NCBI GenBank assembly: GCA_018302705.1
Contig: JAGVZI010000020.1
Span: forward strand, 1,081-65,080
DNA length: 64,000 nt
Direction: 5' to 3'
From: Candidatus Woesearchaeota archaeon
GTDB taxonomy: Archaea > Nanobdellota > Nanobdellia > SCGC-AAA011-G17 > ARS1403
The notes under the pieces were generated by a model. That model searched no databases. It saw nothing but the letters and a program-made list of their open reading frames with translations, and had not been told where the DNA came from. Shown piece by piece: positions 8,423 to 18,126 of the stretch (the stretch's first letter is position 1; each line of letters opens with the position of its first letter). A program made the position numbers and the translations under genes.

Positions 8423-10681
8423 TTAAATTCTCTTGGCAGCCCTCTTCAGCCACTCTTCCCATTCAAAATAGATCCTCTTCGGATCCAAATATCCAATTTC
8501 TTTTTTAACTCCCTCGCTAACCCTGTGATAATGATCATTCGCAGCAATTACAAACTTAGCTTCCAAAATATTTTTATTCAATTTAGAGTAATTAACAAGC
8601 GCTTCTTTCATCTTCGCCCTTAATATTATATTGTCCCAGACAGCATCCCAATGCCCGGCCCATTCAGGAATGTTGCTCGCTATATTCTTTATCACTTCGC
8701 TGTTTCCATTTATCAGCTCATCAGTAGCCTGCAAAGAATCTGTTTTGGCATCATATTTCATCAAGTCAACAAAGCCATTTTCTTTCAAAGGATCATCTTC
8801 CCATTTTTTTCTCACTTCAGTTATCTGCACAATTCTCCTCCATTTGCTCAATCCATCAGCGCTTTTAACAGGATTGCATATAACAATCACATCAGTTGCT
8901 TTGAAGCTGGTTTTAGGAACTTGCAGATCATTTACAACCCTATCATAAACACCATAAGGAGAATCGCCATGAATAGTTCCTGCAACTACGTTTGCTAAAG
9001 CTCCAATTCTCATCGCTTCATAAAGTGCTTTACTCTCCAGAGATCTAATCTCTCCGACGATAAGTGCACTATCCCCCATTCTTAATGCAGCCCTAATTCC
9101 TTCTTCAGCACTTACTTCAGTAGCCCCTCCAGCTAATGCGCTTCTAACTTTTAATGGTTGAATATTGTATCCAAGCCCCCTCATAGCATCTACACCAAGT
9201 TCCATTGTGTCTTCGACCGTAATTATTCTGTACTTTCTCATCACCTCAATAAGCAAAGATCCAAGTACACTCGTTTTTCCAGAGCTCCTCGTTCCAGCTA
9301 TAAGTATTGTTCTTGCACCTTCCACAAGAAAACTAATCAGTCCAGCTCCAAGAGGGCTTATCATCCTATTTTCAATGAACAAAGGCAGAGTCCATGGTTC
9401 ATCCCTATGTCTTCTAAAAGCATAAGCCAGTCCTTTAGGATTTAATGGCCTGCCGACGATAGCAACTCTCGCCCTAGCACCAGGAACACTTAATTCAGTA
9501 TCCAAAATTGGATTGGCCTCATCCAAAGGCCTACCGCTTAATATCCTGAATTTAGTCGCCCAGTTCTCAGCATCCTCCGCACTAGGGATAATATTTGTAA
9601 CGCACTCATCATATTTTTGGTGCACAATGAATATAGGGGTGATTCCAATAGGCCCGTTAATAGTTATATCTTGTATTTTCTCATCTTGAAGTAAAACTTC
9701 CAGCAGCCCGAACCCGACAGTGTACCTTACCAATATCGAGGTTAATTCATTTAATTCTTTCAAGCTCAGCTTAACATTCTGCCTGTCAGCAAGCTCCTGC
9801 AGCAGATCCCTGCCAATATTGAAGAAAGTCATCCTCATCCTCTCGGGGTCAATAAATTCCTCTGCCCTTGGCTTGTGCTCTATCAAGACATTCCTTGCCA
9901 TGTCAAGCAGCTCTTGTTTGTCCTCAGTTAATTTAAATTCAGGCGATATTATGTGATACAGATATTTGATGTCCTCGGGTACAGAAAGAATAGTAACATC
10001 TGCATTTCCGATTTTATAGCTGTCTATTTCTTCCCCATCAACAGGAATCCTCGACATCAATCTAGTAAACATAAAATTAGGAGTTATCTCAGCCCGGAAC
10101 AGCTGCCTGTAAATTTCCCGGCCGCCAACTTGGTATCCGTCTAATCTTTTCCTGACGATCCAGATTATTTTTGTCTTATCAAGGAATCCAAAAAATTCAG
10201 TTAATATCTCGATTAAAATCTCGCAAGATTTGATATCGGGCTCATCAACCAGTTTTCCTAAAATAATTTTTTCTTCTCTGATTATCCTCCTTAATTCAAC
10301 ATAAACCCCTACAGGATCCCTGATCAGATTTCTAACCAGGCCCCTGACAACCCCGATTTTGCTGGCTAAATATTTATATCCCTCGTCGGCAGGCATGGCT
10401 AAAAATTTTCCTTGCTTTATAACATGGTTATACAGTCCGGCAATCTCTGCAAGTAATTGCACTTGGCTGTAGCTGTAATTATAATTTCTTTGCTGCACCA
10501 AAACAACCCTGCTAACCCCTGCATTTTCAACTAATTTGTTTATAACATCCTGCATGCACTCCTCGCTGTCCTCAATGCTTGGTATTATCGTCTTTTTAGT
10601 ATAATCAATCCTCAAAACCCTCTCGCTTCCCTCATTAACAATCTCATATTCCCTCTCTTTCTTGTTTTCAAAAAGCGCCAT
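8423..10681 (-). CDS. Type II/IV secretion system ATPase (VirB11/FlaI/CpaF family)
   Basis: Walker A AGTRSSGKTS, TVEDTMEL, ALRMGDSALIVGEIRS, GTIHG. Confidence 0.92.
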   Translation of the reverse strand: MALFENKKEREYEIVNEGSERVLRIDYTKKTIIPSIEDSEECMQDVINKLVENAGVSRVVLVQQRNYNYSYSQVQLLAEIAGLYNHVIKQGKFLAMPADEGYKYLASKIGVVRGLVRNLIRDPVGVYVELRRIIREEKIILGKLVDEPDIKSCEILIEILTEFFGFLDKTKIIWIVRKRLDGYQVGGREIYRQLFRAEITPNFMFTRLMSRIPVDGEEIDSYKIGNADVTILSVPEDIKYLYHIISPEFKLTEDKQELLDMARNVLIEHKPRAEEFIDPERMRMTFFNIGRDLLQELADRQNVKLSLKELNELTSILVRYTVGFGLLEVLLQDEKIQDITINGPIGITPIFIVHQKYDECVTNIIPSAEDAENWATKFRILSGRPLDEANPILDTELSVPGARARVAIVGRPLNPKGLAYAFRRHRDEPWTLPLFIENRMISPLGAGLISFLVEGARTILIAGTRSSGKTSVLGSLLIEVMRKYRIITVEDTMELGVDAMRGLGYNIQPLKVRSALAGGATEVSAEEGIRAALRMGDSALIVGEIRSLESKALYEAMRIGALANVVAGTIHGDSPYGVYDRVVNDLQVPKTSFKATDVIVICNPVKSADGLSKWRRIVQITEVRKKWEDDPLKENGFVDLMKYDAKTDSLQATDELINGNSEVIKNIASNIPEWAGHWDAVWDNIILRAKMKEALVNYSKLNKNILEAKFVIAANDHYHRVSEGVKKEIGYLDPKRIYFEWEEWLKRAAKRI

Positions 10682-10728
10682 CTAAAGGAAAAAGCTGAAG
10701 TTAAATAAAAGGGTTTTGGTGAAGAAAA

Positions 10729-11100
10729 TCAAATCAATGCAAATAATTTATTAGCTATCTCAACAATTTTTTCTTTATGATTGATAATATAGTTTTTTGA
10801 GATGATAAAACCTTCATAAGAAACTCGATTCCTGTTGTCTCTCATTTCTTGTAAAAATCTCCTGTTCTGCTCGCCAAGACTATATTTGCTTGCAACATAA
10901 TCAATTAGTTCTTGATGAGCGCCATCGCCTTTAGCTTTAACACCTTCCTTTAAAGTAATGGCCTCCATCAAATTGTGAATTATGTCATAAAAATCAATTA
11001 AAGTATTTGTTGGATATTCTTCCATATTAGTCTTCTTCAATCTTTCTAAAGTAACTTCAGCCAACTTCTTCAAGGCCTTTGCCTGTTCTCTGTCCTGCAT
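10729..11100 (-). CDS. HEPN-domain protein (partner of MNT)
   Basis: Helical 123-aa protein with H-x-E and RDNRNRVSYEG motifs, downstream of MNT. Confidence 0.7.
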   Translation of the reverse strand: MQDREQAKALKKLAEVTLERLKKTNMEEYPTNTLIDFYDIIHNLMEAITLKEGVKAKGDGAHQELIDYVASKYSLGEQNRRFLQEMRDNRNRVSYEGFIISKNYIINHKEKIVEIANKLFALI

Positions 11101-11111
11101 AACTCTTGAAA

Positions 11112-11651
11112 TTATTTGTATCCCTCCAAGAAACCACTAAGAACAAAACCATTAATAATGTTGTTCTTTAATTCAACAGGATAAGTTAAAAAATTTTCAT
11201 TGAAATGTAACTGGATTGTCCTTCTTAATTTTTTTTCGAATTTTTCAGTTTTAATATCCTCTTTTTTGCATTCCAAATAAATATCAATATCACTTTGTTC
11301 ATTATCGTCTCCGTGCTCATAGCTACCAAAAACAATAATAGACTTAGGGGACAATTTTTCCTCAAGGTACTCAATCAAGCCAGATTCAAGAAGGGAATAA
11401 ATATTGAATATTCTCTTGTTTTTTCTAAATCTTTTTTCAGGAGTATTAGCTTTATACAAAGGAAACTTTCTTCGTCCTTTTTTCTCCACGCTCCTTAAGA
11501 TTAATCCATCTTTTACCAATCCATCAAGAAGGCTTTTAACAGAAGTATGTGCAAGTTTAATCCTCCTGCTTATGTCAATCAGGTAGTGTTGTTTAGTGGG
11601 TTCATTAAAAAAAATCTCCAGTATTTTCCGTGTATTACTTTTTTGTAACAT
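11112..11651 (-). CDS. wHTH + minimal nucleotidyltransferase (MNT) antitoxin
   Basis: N-terminal HTH; FGSYEHGDDNEQSDIDIY nucleotidyltransferase motif. Confidence 0.85.
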   Translation of the reverse strand: MLQKSNTRKILEIFFNEPTKQHYLIDISRRIKLAHTSVKSLLDGLVKDGLILRSVEKKGRRKFPLYKANTPEKRFRKNKRIFNIYSLLESGLIEYLEEKLSPKSIIVFGSYEHGDDNEQSDIDIYLECKKEDIKTEKFEKKLRRTIQLHFNENFLTYPVELKNNIINGFVLSGFLEGYK

Positions 11652-11694
11652 ATATTACATAATTATAACATATATTACATTTTTGTAATATATA
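11644..11694. promoter_or_regulatory. Candidate autoregulatory operator of MNT-HEPN
   Basis: TAACATATATTACAT repeated at 11646-11660 and 11666-11680; the first copy forms TGTAA-N6-TTACA and overlaps the start codon. Confidence 0.55.
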
Positions 11695-11795
11695 AACTTT
11701 TCTAAAAGGAAAGGTAAATGGAAAAGTTCGTTGTCCATGTTTCTTAAAATTAAAAAAGGAATATTTTAAATAAAACTTAATATTAACAAATAGAA

Positions 11796-12155
11796 ATGCA
11801 GGAAATCTCAGCCCAGCCGGAGATTATTGGGAGATTAAGGATTAATGAAGCTAGATTGGCGAACATAAGAGAGAGGCTGACTGTAACAGACAACAACATG
11901 GTTGAAGAATTCAGGAGAATGTCGGAGCAGATAAAAGAGCTCAATGCAGAATTGAAGCAGATAAAAAACGAATCATTCAGATTAAGAGAGGCACTAAAGG
12001 ATGTGATCAAAGAGATGAGCTCATTTGCCAGCTCTCAGGAATTAAAAGTCTTAGAAAGATATATTAACACATGGAACCCATTAAACTTCATGACGGAAAA
12101 AGAGGTTCTGTCATTAATAAAGAAAAATGCCGAATCTGCAAGCAAGGATAAATGA
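11796..12155 (+). CDS. Coiled-coil hypothetical protein
   Basis: ORF track; heptad pattern. Confidence 0.7.
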   Translation: MQEISAQPEIIGRLRINEARLANIRERLTVTDNNMVEEFRRMSEQIKELNAELKQIKNESFRLREALKDVIKEMSSFASSQELKVLERYINTWNPLNFMTEKEVLSLIKKNAESASKDK

Positions 12156-12741
12156 ACTAAAAAAAGCAGGAAAGCCAAATAGCGAGATAATTGAAAATCT
12201 GAAAAAAGAAGGTCACCTTGCCCAGGATATATATGATGCAATGTCCACTAATGAAAGTCTTTATGAATTAACCCCCCCGACGCCATCAGAAGAAATGGGA
12301 TCGGAAAGCATGGATGAAGATGAAGATTCTTATCAGCCAATGTCAGGACTCCCGGAAACAGGAAATTTCATCCCGTCGCAAAAATTCCCAGCGCCGTCTA
12401 AAATCCCCCAGAGGCAGAGCATAGAGGAAATAGAGGAAATAGCTGAATCTATTATAAGTGAAAAAATCGACGAGCTCAGTGTTAACATCAACGATATAAG
12501 TTTGTGGAGGGAGAAAACATCTTCAGAAATAGAAGCAATAAAGCAGGAAATTCTAAGAATAAGAAATCATATGGAAAATCTGCAAGCAACAATGCTCGGA
12601 AAAGTAGAGGATTACAGGAAGTCAATCACAGACGTCAGCATAGAAGTAAAAACCCTCTCAAAAGTCCTGGAAAAAATCCTACAGCCGTTGACAGAGAATG
12701 TAAAAGAATTATCAAGGATTACAGAGAGATTAAAAAAATAA
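12127..12741 (+). CDS. Hypothetical protein, Pro/acidic linker plus C-terminal coiled coil
   Basis: ORF track; overlaps previous gene. Confidence 0.7.
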   Translation: MPNLQARINELKKAGKPNSEIIENLKKEGHLAQDIYDAMSTNESLYELTPPTPSEEMGSESMDEDEDSYQPMSGLPETGNFIPSQKFPAPSKIPQRQSIEEIEEIAESIISEKIDELSVNINDISLWREKTSSEIEAIKQEILRIRNHMENLQATMLGKVEDYRKSITDVSIEVKTLSKVLEKILQPLTENVKELSRITERLKK

Positions 12742-12743
12742 AA

Positions 12744-13271
12744 TTAATCTCGTAGGCTTTCAAAGCTCAACAGCCTGACAGCAAAAGAAAATATTATCAG
12801 CACAACTATCGTCGTTAAAACTTTAACGTTGAAAATAGCTTTATGTATAGAAGGCCCAGCTCCTTCTCCTTCTGGTGTCCCCCCCACAAAAAAAGGGCCA
12901 TAAACAACAGTCAGTCCCCCGACAACGATTATTATAGAAAGGATAATTATCGTCCAATAGACAGTGGTGTTTTTAAAGATACTCTCGATAACATCCCCCT
13001 TAAGCCCTCCAAACATAAAAATAAGTAAGACAGAAAATGCAACCATCACCATAATAATAAACCAGGGTGCAATTACAGAAATAAATTCCATCGCGCCAGG
13101 CATAGCAGCAAATAAAGCAGCCATAGCAAATGCAATTATCGCATTAATATTAATGCTATCGCCAAAGAATTTTGTCTTGCTCAGCGCAGCATAAATAATA
13201 GCGTAAATTAAGATAAAAAGGAAGATGGGTATTAAAAACTCCCCCAATCCGCTGTCAAGAAGGCTTACCAT
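12744..13271 (-). CDS. Multi-pass membrane protein (paralog 1 of 3)
   Basis: IPIFLFILIYAIIYAALSKT...NINAIIAF motif shared with next two genes. Confidence 0.75.
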   Translation of the reverse strand: MVSLLDSGLGEFLIPIFLFILIYAIIYAALSKTKFFGDSININAIIAFAMAALFAAMPGAMEFISVIAPWFIIMVMVAFSVLLIFMFGGLKGDVIESIFKNTTVYWTIIILSIIIVVGGLTVVYGPFFVGGTPEGEGAGPSIHKAIFNVKVLTTIVVLIIFSFAVRLLSFESLRD

Positions 13272-13286
13272 CTCTACTTACCCTCT

Positions 13287-13844
13287 TTATTTCTTTCCAC
13301 CAGTTAACCCCTTCACTAGATTCTCAAAGCGATCGCCTAAACTCTTCTTGTCTCCTCCAGGTTCTCTGACAATCAGCCAGATAACTAAAACAAAAACGCC
13401 AACTACTATTAATGTTCCAACATCCTGCTCAGTCATTTCTCCAACAAGGGGGACATCCCAGTCAGCAGCAGCTCCAAGAGCCCATATTACAGAGATAATG
13501 CCTACAACAGCGCCCCAAAATAGCCATCCACCACCCCATTCAGATTTCCCTGAAAAGATTCCAACAACCAAGATGAGCATTAGCAGCACGAGTACTATCA
13601 TTGAAACCCTCGGCAAAAACCCAACTAGCACCTCGACGATGGCTGTAGATGAAACCAAAAACGCAGCTAATATCAAGCTGACAATGGCATCAACGTTTTT
13701 ATTCTCTCCAAATAATCTTATCTTTCTGAGAATCGCAAAGGTAACAGCAAACACCAGCAAGAAGGGAAGAACGACATCAAAGCCCCCGACATCTGCAAAG
13801 CTACCAACAACGTCATTGAAATCAATGTTCTCAAACAAAGCCAT
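13287..13844 (-). CDS. Multi-pass membrane protein (paralog 2 of 3)
   Basis: GGFDVVLPFLLVFAVTFAILRK...NVDAIVSL. Confidence 0.75.
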   Translation of the reverse strand: MALFENIDFNDVVGSFADVGGFDVVLPFLLVFAVTFAILRKIRLFGENKNVDAIVSLILAAFLVSSTAIVEVLVGFLPRVSMIVLVLLMLILVVGIFSGKSEWGGGWLFWGAVVGIISVIWALGAAADWDVPLVGEMTEQDVGTLIVVGVFVLVIWLIVREPGGDKKSLGDRFENLVKGLTGGKK

Positions 13845-13895
13845 TTTATCACCCTTTTTTTATTTTTATTTAGTAAACATTCCTTTCTTATAAAT

Positions 13896-14480
13896 CTATT
13901 CTTTTCCAGCGCTCGGTCTTCCTTCATCTCCCTTAGTTATATATATTATCGCCCAGATCACAACACCAAGCAAGATAAGTGTAGCAACCAGAGTGCCGCT
14001 CCAAAATTCAAGTACGTAATTAAAAGCAAACCCGAGCCAGCTCTGCTTTTCATTCGCAGGAATATTTCCCAAAAACACAGATATAACTCCAACAAACATT
14101 ATTATCATGAGAAACACCATCCATCTCCCGCTTAATTTCTCATATAAAGTATTGTCGGGCTTCATAAATATTCCTATCATCAGCAAGAAGGATAAAGCAA
14201 CAATGATCAACAAGCTAACTTGGGGCAAAGCAGTATTAATAACACCCACTATTTTCGTAGCCGCAACAACAAGCATTGCAAGGACGAAGGCAACAATGGC
14301 ATTCAGGTTCTTTCTCGGATAAGTCTCCTTTCCAATCTTCTCCTCTCCAAGAATCCTTGTCTTCTCTAAGATCCCGAAAACAACTGCAAAAACAAGAAGA
14401 AACGGAAGGATTACATCAAATATTCCAAACTCTCCCAAAAAATCTAGGGCGTTCCTCAAAACAGACATGTAAGAAGACAA
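13896..14480 (-). CDS. Multi-pass membrane protein (paralog 3 of 3)
   Basis: GIFDVILPFLLVFAVVFGILEKT...NLNAIVAF. Confidence 0.75.
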   Translation of the reverse strand: MSSYMSVLRNALDFLGEFGIFDVILPFLLVFAVVFGILEKTRILGEEKIGKETYPRKNLNAIVAFVLAMLVVAATKIVGVINTALPQVSLLIIVALSFLLMIGIFMKPDNTLYEKLSGRWMVFLMIIMFVGVISVFLGNIPANEKQSWLGFAFNYVLEFWSGTLVATLILLGVVIWAIIYITKGDEGRPSAGKE

Positions 14481-14525
14481 AGCTAAATTCTTATTTAAAG
14501 ATTGTGGTTTTCAGTTTTCAACTTT

Positions 14526-14828
14526 TTACTCTTCTGCTTTGATCTCTTCTCTCTCTTCCCCGCTGGCCTCTTCCTCGCTGAAGCTTGGTATCGCAGCCTT
14601 GTTTATGATGAAAATATCGCCGATCGCTTTTACAAGTTGGTGTGGCACAATAACGCCCTTGGCGCTTCCAAGAACCCTTGACAATGCCCCGCTTCTAGTA
14701 GCCTTAACTCTCCATCCAAAAGCCTTCCCAATAGTAACAACACATTCTTCAACGTCGCCAAAATACTCACCTTGATCAGTGAACACCTTCATATCATAGG
14801 TTTCAGTTATCTTTTTAGTCCTTAGCAT
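14526..14828 (-). CDS. PRC-barrel domain protein
   Basis: VFTDQGEYFGDVEE...GVIVPHQLVKAIGDIFII. Confidence 0.85.
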   Translation of the reverse strand: MLRTKKITETYDMKVFTDQGEYFGDVEECVVTIGKAFGWRVKATRSGALSRVLGSAKGVIVPHQLVKAIGDIFIINKAAIPSFSEEEASGEEREEIKAEE

Positions 14829-14873
14829 AGTACAACGCGAAATATTTAAAGTATAAATATTTTTCTATAATCC

Positions 14874-15539
14874 ATGCATACTATTCAAAACCTCATAATT
14901 ATAGGAACATCCCATATAGCAGTAGAAAGCATTGATGAAGTGACAACAGCAATAGCAGAATTAAAGCCGGAGATTATCGCATTGGAATTGGATTTAAAAA
15001 GGTTCAAGAGGCTTACTTCAAAAACAAAATATAAGCTAAAGCTATCAGACATAGGGCAAAAAGGCTTTTTAATAAATTTAATCGGCTCTTACATAGAGCG
15101 TTATCTAGGAAAAAAAGTTGGCGTCCTTCCCGGGTCTGAAATGAAAAGGGCAATTCATTTAGCCAGAAAAAACAATATCAAGATAGCATTAATAGACCAG
15201 GACGTAAATATTACATTAAAAAAGCTGAAAGAGAATTTCACATTGAAAGAAAAACTAAGGCTGGTAAAAAGCATTTTCACAGCGCCCTTCACAGCAAAAA
15301 AATTCAGCATCGATCTAAGAAAAGTCCCGGAACAAAAACTTATAAACAAGCTCACATTACAGGTAAAGAAAGATTATCCATCAGTTTACAAAGTCTTGAT
15401 AGAAGAGAGGAATGAAATAATGGCAGCAAGGTTAATTAAGCTGATGCAAGAAAATAAAAAAGTCCTCGCTATCGTGGGAGCAGGCCATGTTTCGGGGATG
15501 GAGAAAATACTAAGATGGAATTTAGCAAAAAAGAGATAA
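14874..15539 (+). CDS. TraB/PrgY family protein
   Basis: IIGTSHI, IALELD, PGSEM, LIDQD, LIEERN, IVGAGHV motifs. Confidence 0.9.
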   Translation: MHTIQNLIIIGTSHIAVESIDEVTTAIAELKPEIIALELDLKRFKRLTSKTKYKLKLSDIGQKGFLINLIGSYIERYLGKKVGVLPGSEMKRAIHLARKNNIKIALIDQDVNITLKKLKENFTLKEKLRLVKSIFTAPFTAKKFSIDLRKVPEQKLINKLTLQVKKDYPSVYKVLIEERNEIMAARLIKLMQENKKVLAIVGAGHVSGMEKILRWNLAKKR

Positions 15540-16255
15540 AATATATTCTGGTAGCAGCCATAATCGCAGCCTTTGTATTCAGCTTTAACGAGTGGGGGAT
15601 AGAAAAGTTCAACATCGCAACAGGAATAAAAAACCTATTCATCGCCTTCATCTTCTGCTCAGTAATTTATTTTCTACATTCATTCGCGCAAAAACTCGTC
15701 GCAGATTATTATGAATACAGAATAGAATTCACATTAATAGACATAAAAAGAAGAGTAAGGAAAATCGGAAAAATAGGAAGGGCAGTCACAATACCGATAG
15801 GTCCGATAATAACTCTGCTTCTAGTCTTTATATCGGCCGGTAAATTTATTTTTCTTCTCTTAAATTCATACGAGCATATCTCGCAAAAGGAATTCAGGAT
15901 CGGGAGGCAGTGGGTAAACCTAAAGGAGTTTGAAGAAGCCCAGATAGCATTAGCCGGCCCTCTTTCGCAAATTGTTTTGCTAATAATTTTCAAATTGCTC
16001 TTGCCATTCTCGGTGGTTTTCAACAAGGCAATGTTCATCACATCAGTAATAGCAATCTATCACATGCTCCCTCTTCCCAAAGTAGACGGCTCAAAAATTT
16101 TCTTTGGAAGCAGGTCTCTTTACATTGCTAGTTTAGTTTTCATTGTGACATTCATAATTCTAATATTCCATCTGTCTGTGATTCAAACAATAATCCTGGC
16201 TCTGCTATTTTCTACAATACTGGGTATAATGTATCTTTACAAGAAAACTAAGTAA
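15515..16255 (+). CDS. M50/site-2 protease-like membrane protein with degenerate active site
   Basis: IALAGPLSQ and HMLPLPKVDG motifs; the HExxH position reads HSFAQ. Confidence 0.7.
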   Translation: MEFSKKEIKYILVAAIIAAFVFSFNEWGIEKFNIATGIKNLFIAFIFCSVIYFLHSFAQKLVADYYEYRIEFTLIDIKRRVRKIGKIGRAVTIPIGPIITLLLVFISAGKFIFLLLNSYEHISQKEFRIGRQWVNLKEFEEAQIALAGPLSQIVLLIIFKLLLPFSVVFNKAMFITSVIAIYHMLPLPKVDGSKIFFGSRSLYIASLVFIVTFIILIFHLSVIQTIILALLFSTILGIMYLYKKTK

Positions 16256-16519
16256 TCAAAAAAGTAGGCTGAAAATCCCCTTTTGCAACAGCCATAAAAC
16301 AAAGATCAGCGAGAATGCAGAATGTACATCGTAAATCACAAGGAACATGTAAATCCCGGACAGCAAATCGATGAGGCTTGCAAAATCTCCCAAAAATAAA
16401 AGTGACTTAATGATAATGTACCCGGCAAAGAAACTAGCAATGCCCAACCCAATATCCCATTGTGCCAAAACAAAGAAAAAGGCAGCAGCCAGATCCAAAA
16501 TCCCAAGTAATTTCAGCAT
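16256..16519 (-). CDS. Small membrane protein
   Basis: 87 aa, hydrophobic. Confidence 0.65.
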   Translation of the reverse strand: MLKLLGILDLAAAFFFVLAQWDIGLGIASFFAGYIIIKSLLFLGDFASLIDLLSGIYMFLVIYDVHSAFSLIFVLWLLQKGIFSLLF

Positions 16520-16569
16520 AGTCCTTCCCTAGAAAACATATTTAAAACCTTATCCATTATAGAGCAAAT

Positions 16570-18066
16570 ATGTATTCGATAAAAGATTTCACTCCAAGAA
16601 GTTATCAAAAAGAAATATTTGAGACCACAAAAAGCAAGTCCACATTAGTCTGTCTGCCGACGGGAACTGGAAAAACAATTAATATTATCCTGTTAGCCGT
16701 CCACAGATTAAACACAATCAAGGATTCAAAAATCGCAGTTGTATCCCCGACAAAGCCCTTAAACGCGCAGCACTTAAAAACATTCGCGCAGCAGACCACA
16801 ATACCATCAGAAGAAATAGCTTTGGTAACGGGATTGATAAAACCAGAAGCCAGAAAAGATCTCTACACAAAAAAGGTTATTATTGCAACGCCTCAAACGC
16901 TGAAGGAGGATATCGTAAACAGCAGGTTCTCATTCAAAGATTTCTCATTGTTAGCAATAGATGAAGCGCATCGGGCAATAGGAAATTACGCATATAATTT
17001 TCTTGCAGAAAGATACATGCAAGACTCCATCTCCCCTCTGATTCTGGCATTGACAGCATCGCCAGGTGGAACAAAAACAAAAATAGAAGAGATAAAATCC
17101 AATTTGCATATATGGGCAATAGAGATCAGGACAGAAGAAGACATTAAAGAGCATATCCAAGAAAAGAAAACAATTTGGCTCGAAGTCGAACTCTCGCCAG
17201 AATTAAAGCAGATCCAGTCTTTAATAAAATCCGCATTTAAAAGCAGAGTGAATGATTTGAAAAAGATAGGATTCACAAAACCATCTTCGTTAATATCAAA
17301 AAGGGATTTGCTAATCCTGCAACAGCAGTTAAGAAAAGGTTTAAGCAAAAAAAATCCTTCAACATTCTATGGAATATCTTTGACAGCATCTTTGATAAAA
17401 ATCGACTACGCATTAGAGCTGCTGGAAACACAAGGCTTAATCCCGCTTCAGGAGTTTTGGAACAAGCTTCAGCAAGAGGAAACAAAAGCAGCAAAAGCAA
17501 TTCTAAAAATGGAAGAAATGCAAAGTGCAATTTCTATGACGAATTCACTAATGGGAAAAGATATCAAGCATCCAAAACTCTACATGCTCCGCGGCATAAT
17601 AAGAAATGAGCTGGAAAAGAACCCGAAGGCAAAGTTTATAGTGTTCGCAAATTATAGGAACACAATTAATGAAATAATTGATTTTCTAAAGAAAGAGAAC
17701 AGCATAAAACCAACGAAGTTAATCGGGCAAAAATCAGGACTGACGCAAAAAGAACAAGTTTCAACAATAAAAGATTTCGAAGACGGCACGTATAATGTAA
17801 TGATTGGAACATCAATTCTGGAAGAAGGCCTGGACATAAGCACCGGAGCAAAGCTGGCAATTTTCTATGATATCGTCCCAAGTGAGATAAGGGCAATCCA
17901 AAGAAAGGGGAGGGTAGGAAGAACTCAAGCAGGAAAAATAATTTTTTTAGTGACAAATAACACTCGCGAGCAGGGGTATAAATGGTCTGCCTACCATAAA
18001 GAAAAAACCATGAAAAAAACCTTGCAATTAATGCAAAAAGAAACCCAATCTACATTGATTTCTTAG
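16570..18066 (+). CDS. Hef/FANCM-like DEAH helicase (helicase part)
   Basis: PTGTGKT, PTKPL, DEAH, LTASPG, HPKL, EEGLD, QRKGRVGR. Confidence 0.92.
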   Translation: MYSIKDFTPRSYQKEIFETTKSKSTLVCLPTGTGKTINIILLAVHRLNTIKDSKIAVVSPTKPLNAQHLKTFAQQTTIPSEEIALVTGLIKPEARKDLYTKKVIIATPQTLKEDIVNSRFSFKDFSLLAIDEAHRAIGNYAYNFLAERYMQDSISPLILALTASPGGTKTKIEEIKSNLHIWAIEIRTEEDIKEHIQEKKTIWLEVELSPELKQIQSLIKSAFKSRVNDLKKIGFTKPSSLISKRDLLILQQQLRKGLSKKNPSTFYGISLTASLIKIDYALELLETQGLIPLQEFWNKLQQEETKAAKAILKMEEMQSAISMTNSLMGKDIKHPKLYMLRGIIRNELEKNPKAKFIVFANYRNTINEIIDFLKKENSIKPTKLIGQKSGLTQKEQVSTIKDFEDGTYNVMIGTSILEEGLDISTGAKLAIFYDIVPSEIRAIQRKGRVGRTQAGKIIFLVTNNTREQGYKWSAYHKEKTMKKTLQLMQKETQSTLIS

Positions 18067-18126
18067 CTCCATCATTTTTCAAGGAGGGAACAGAAACTTC
18101 TTAAACCTCGTCTCATAAACAATTTT

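Noticed and set aside
18067-18126. Possible intron joining the Hef helicase and nuclease (GAGG/CCTC pairing)
   Set aside because: No BHB geometry, and the helicase stop lies upstream of the pairing so it would not be removed.
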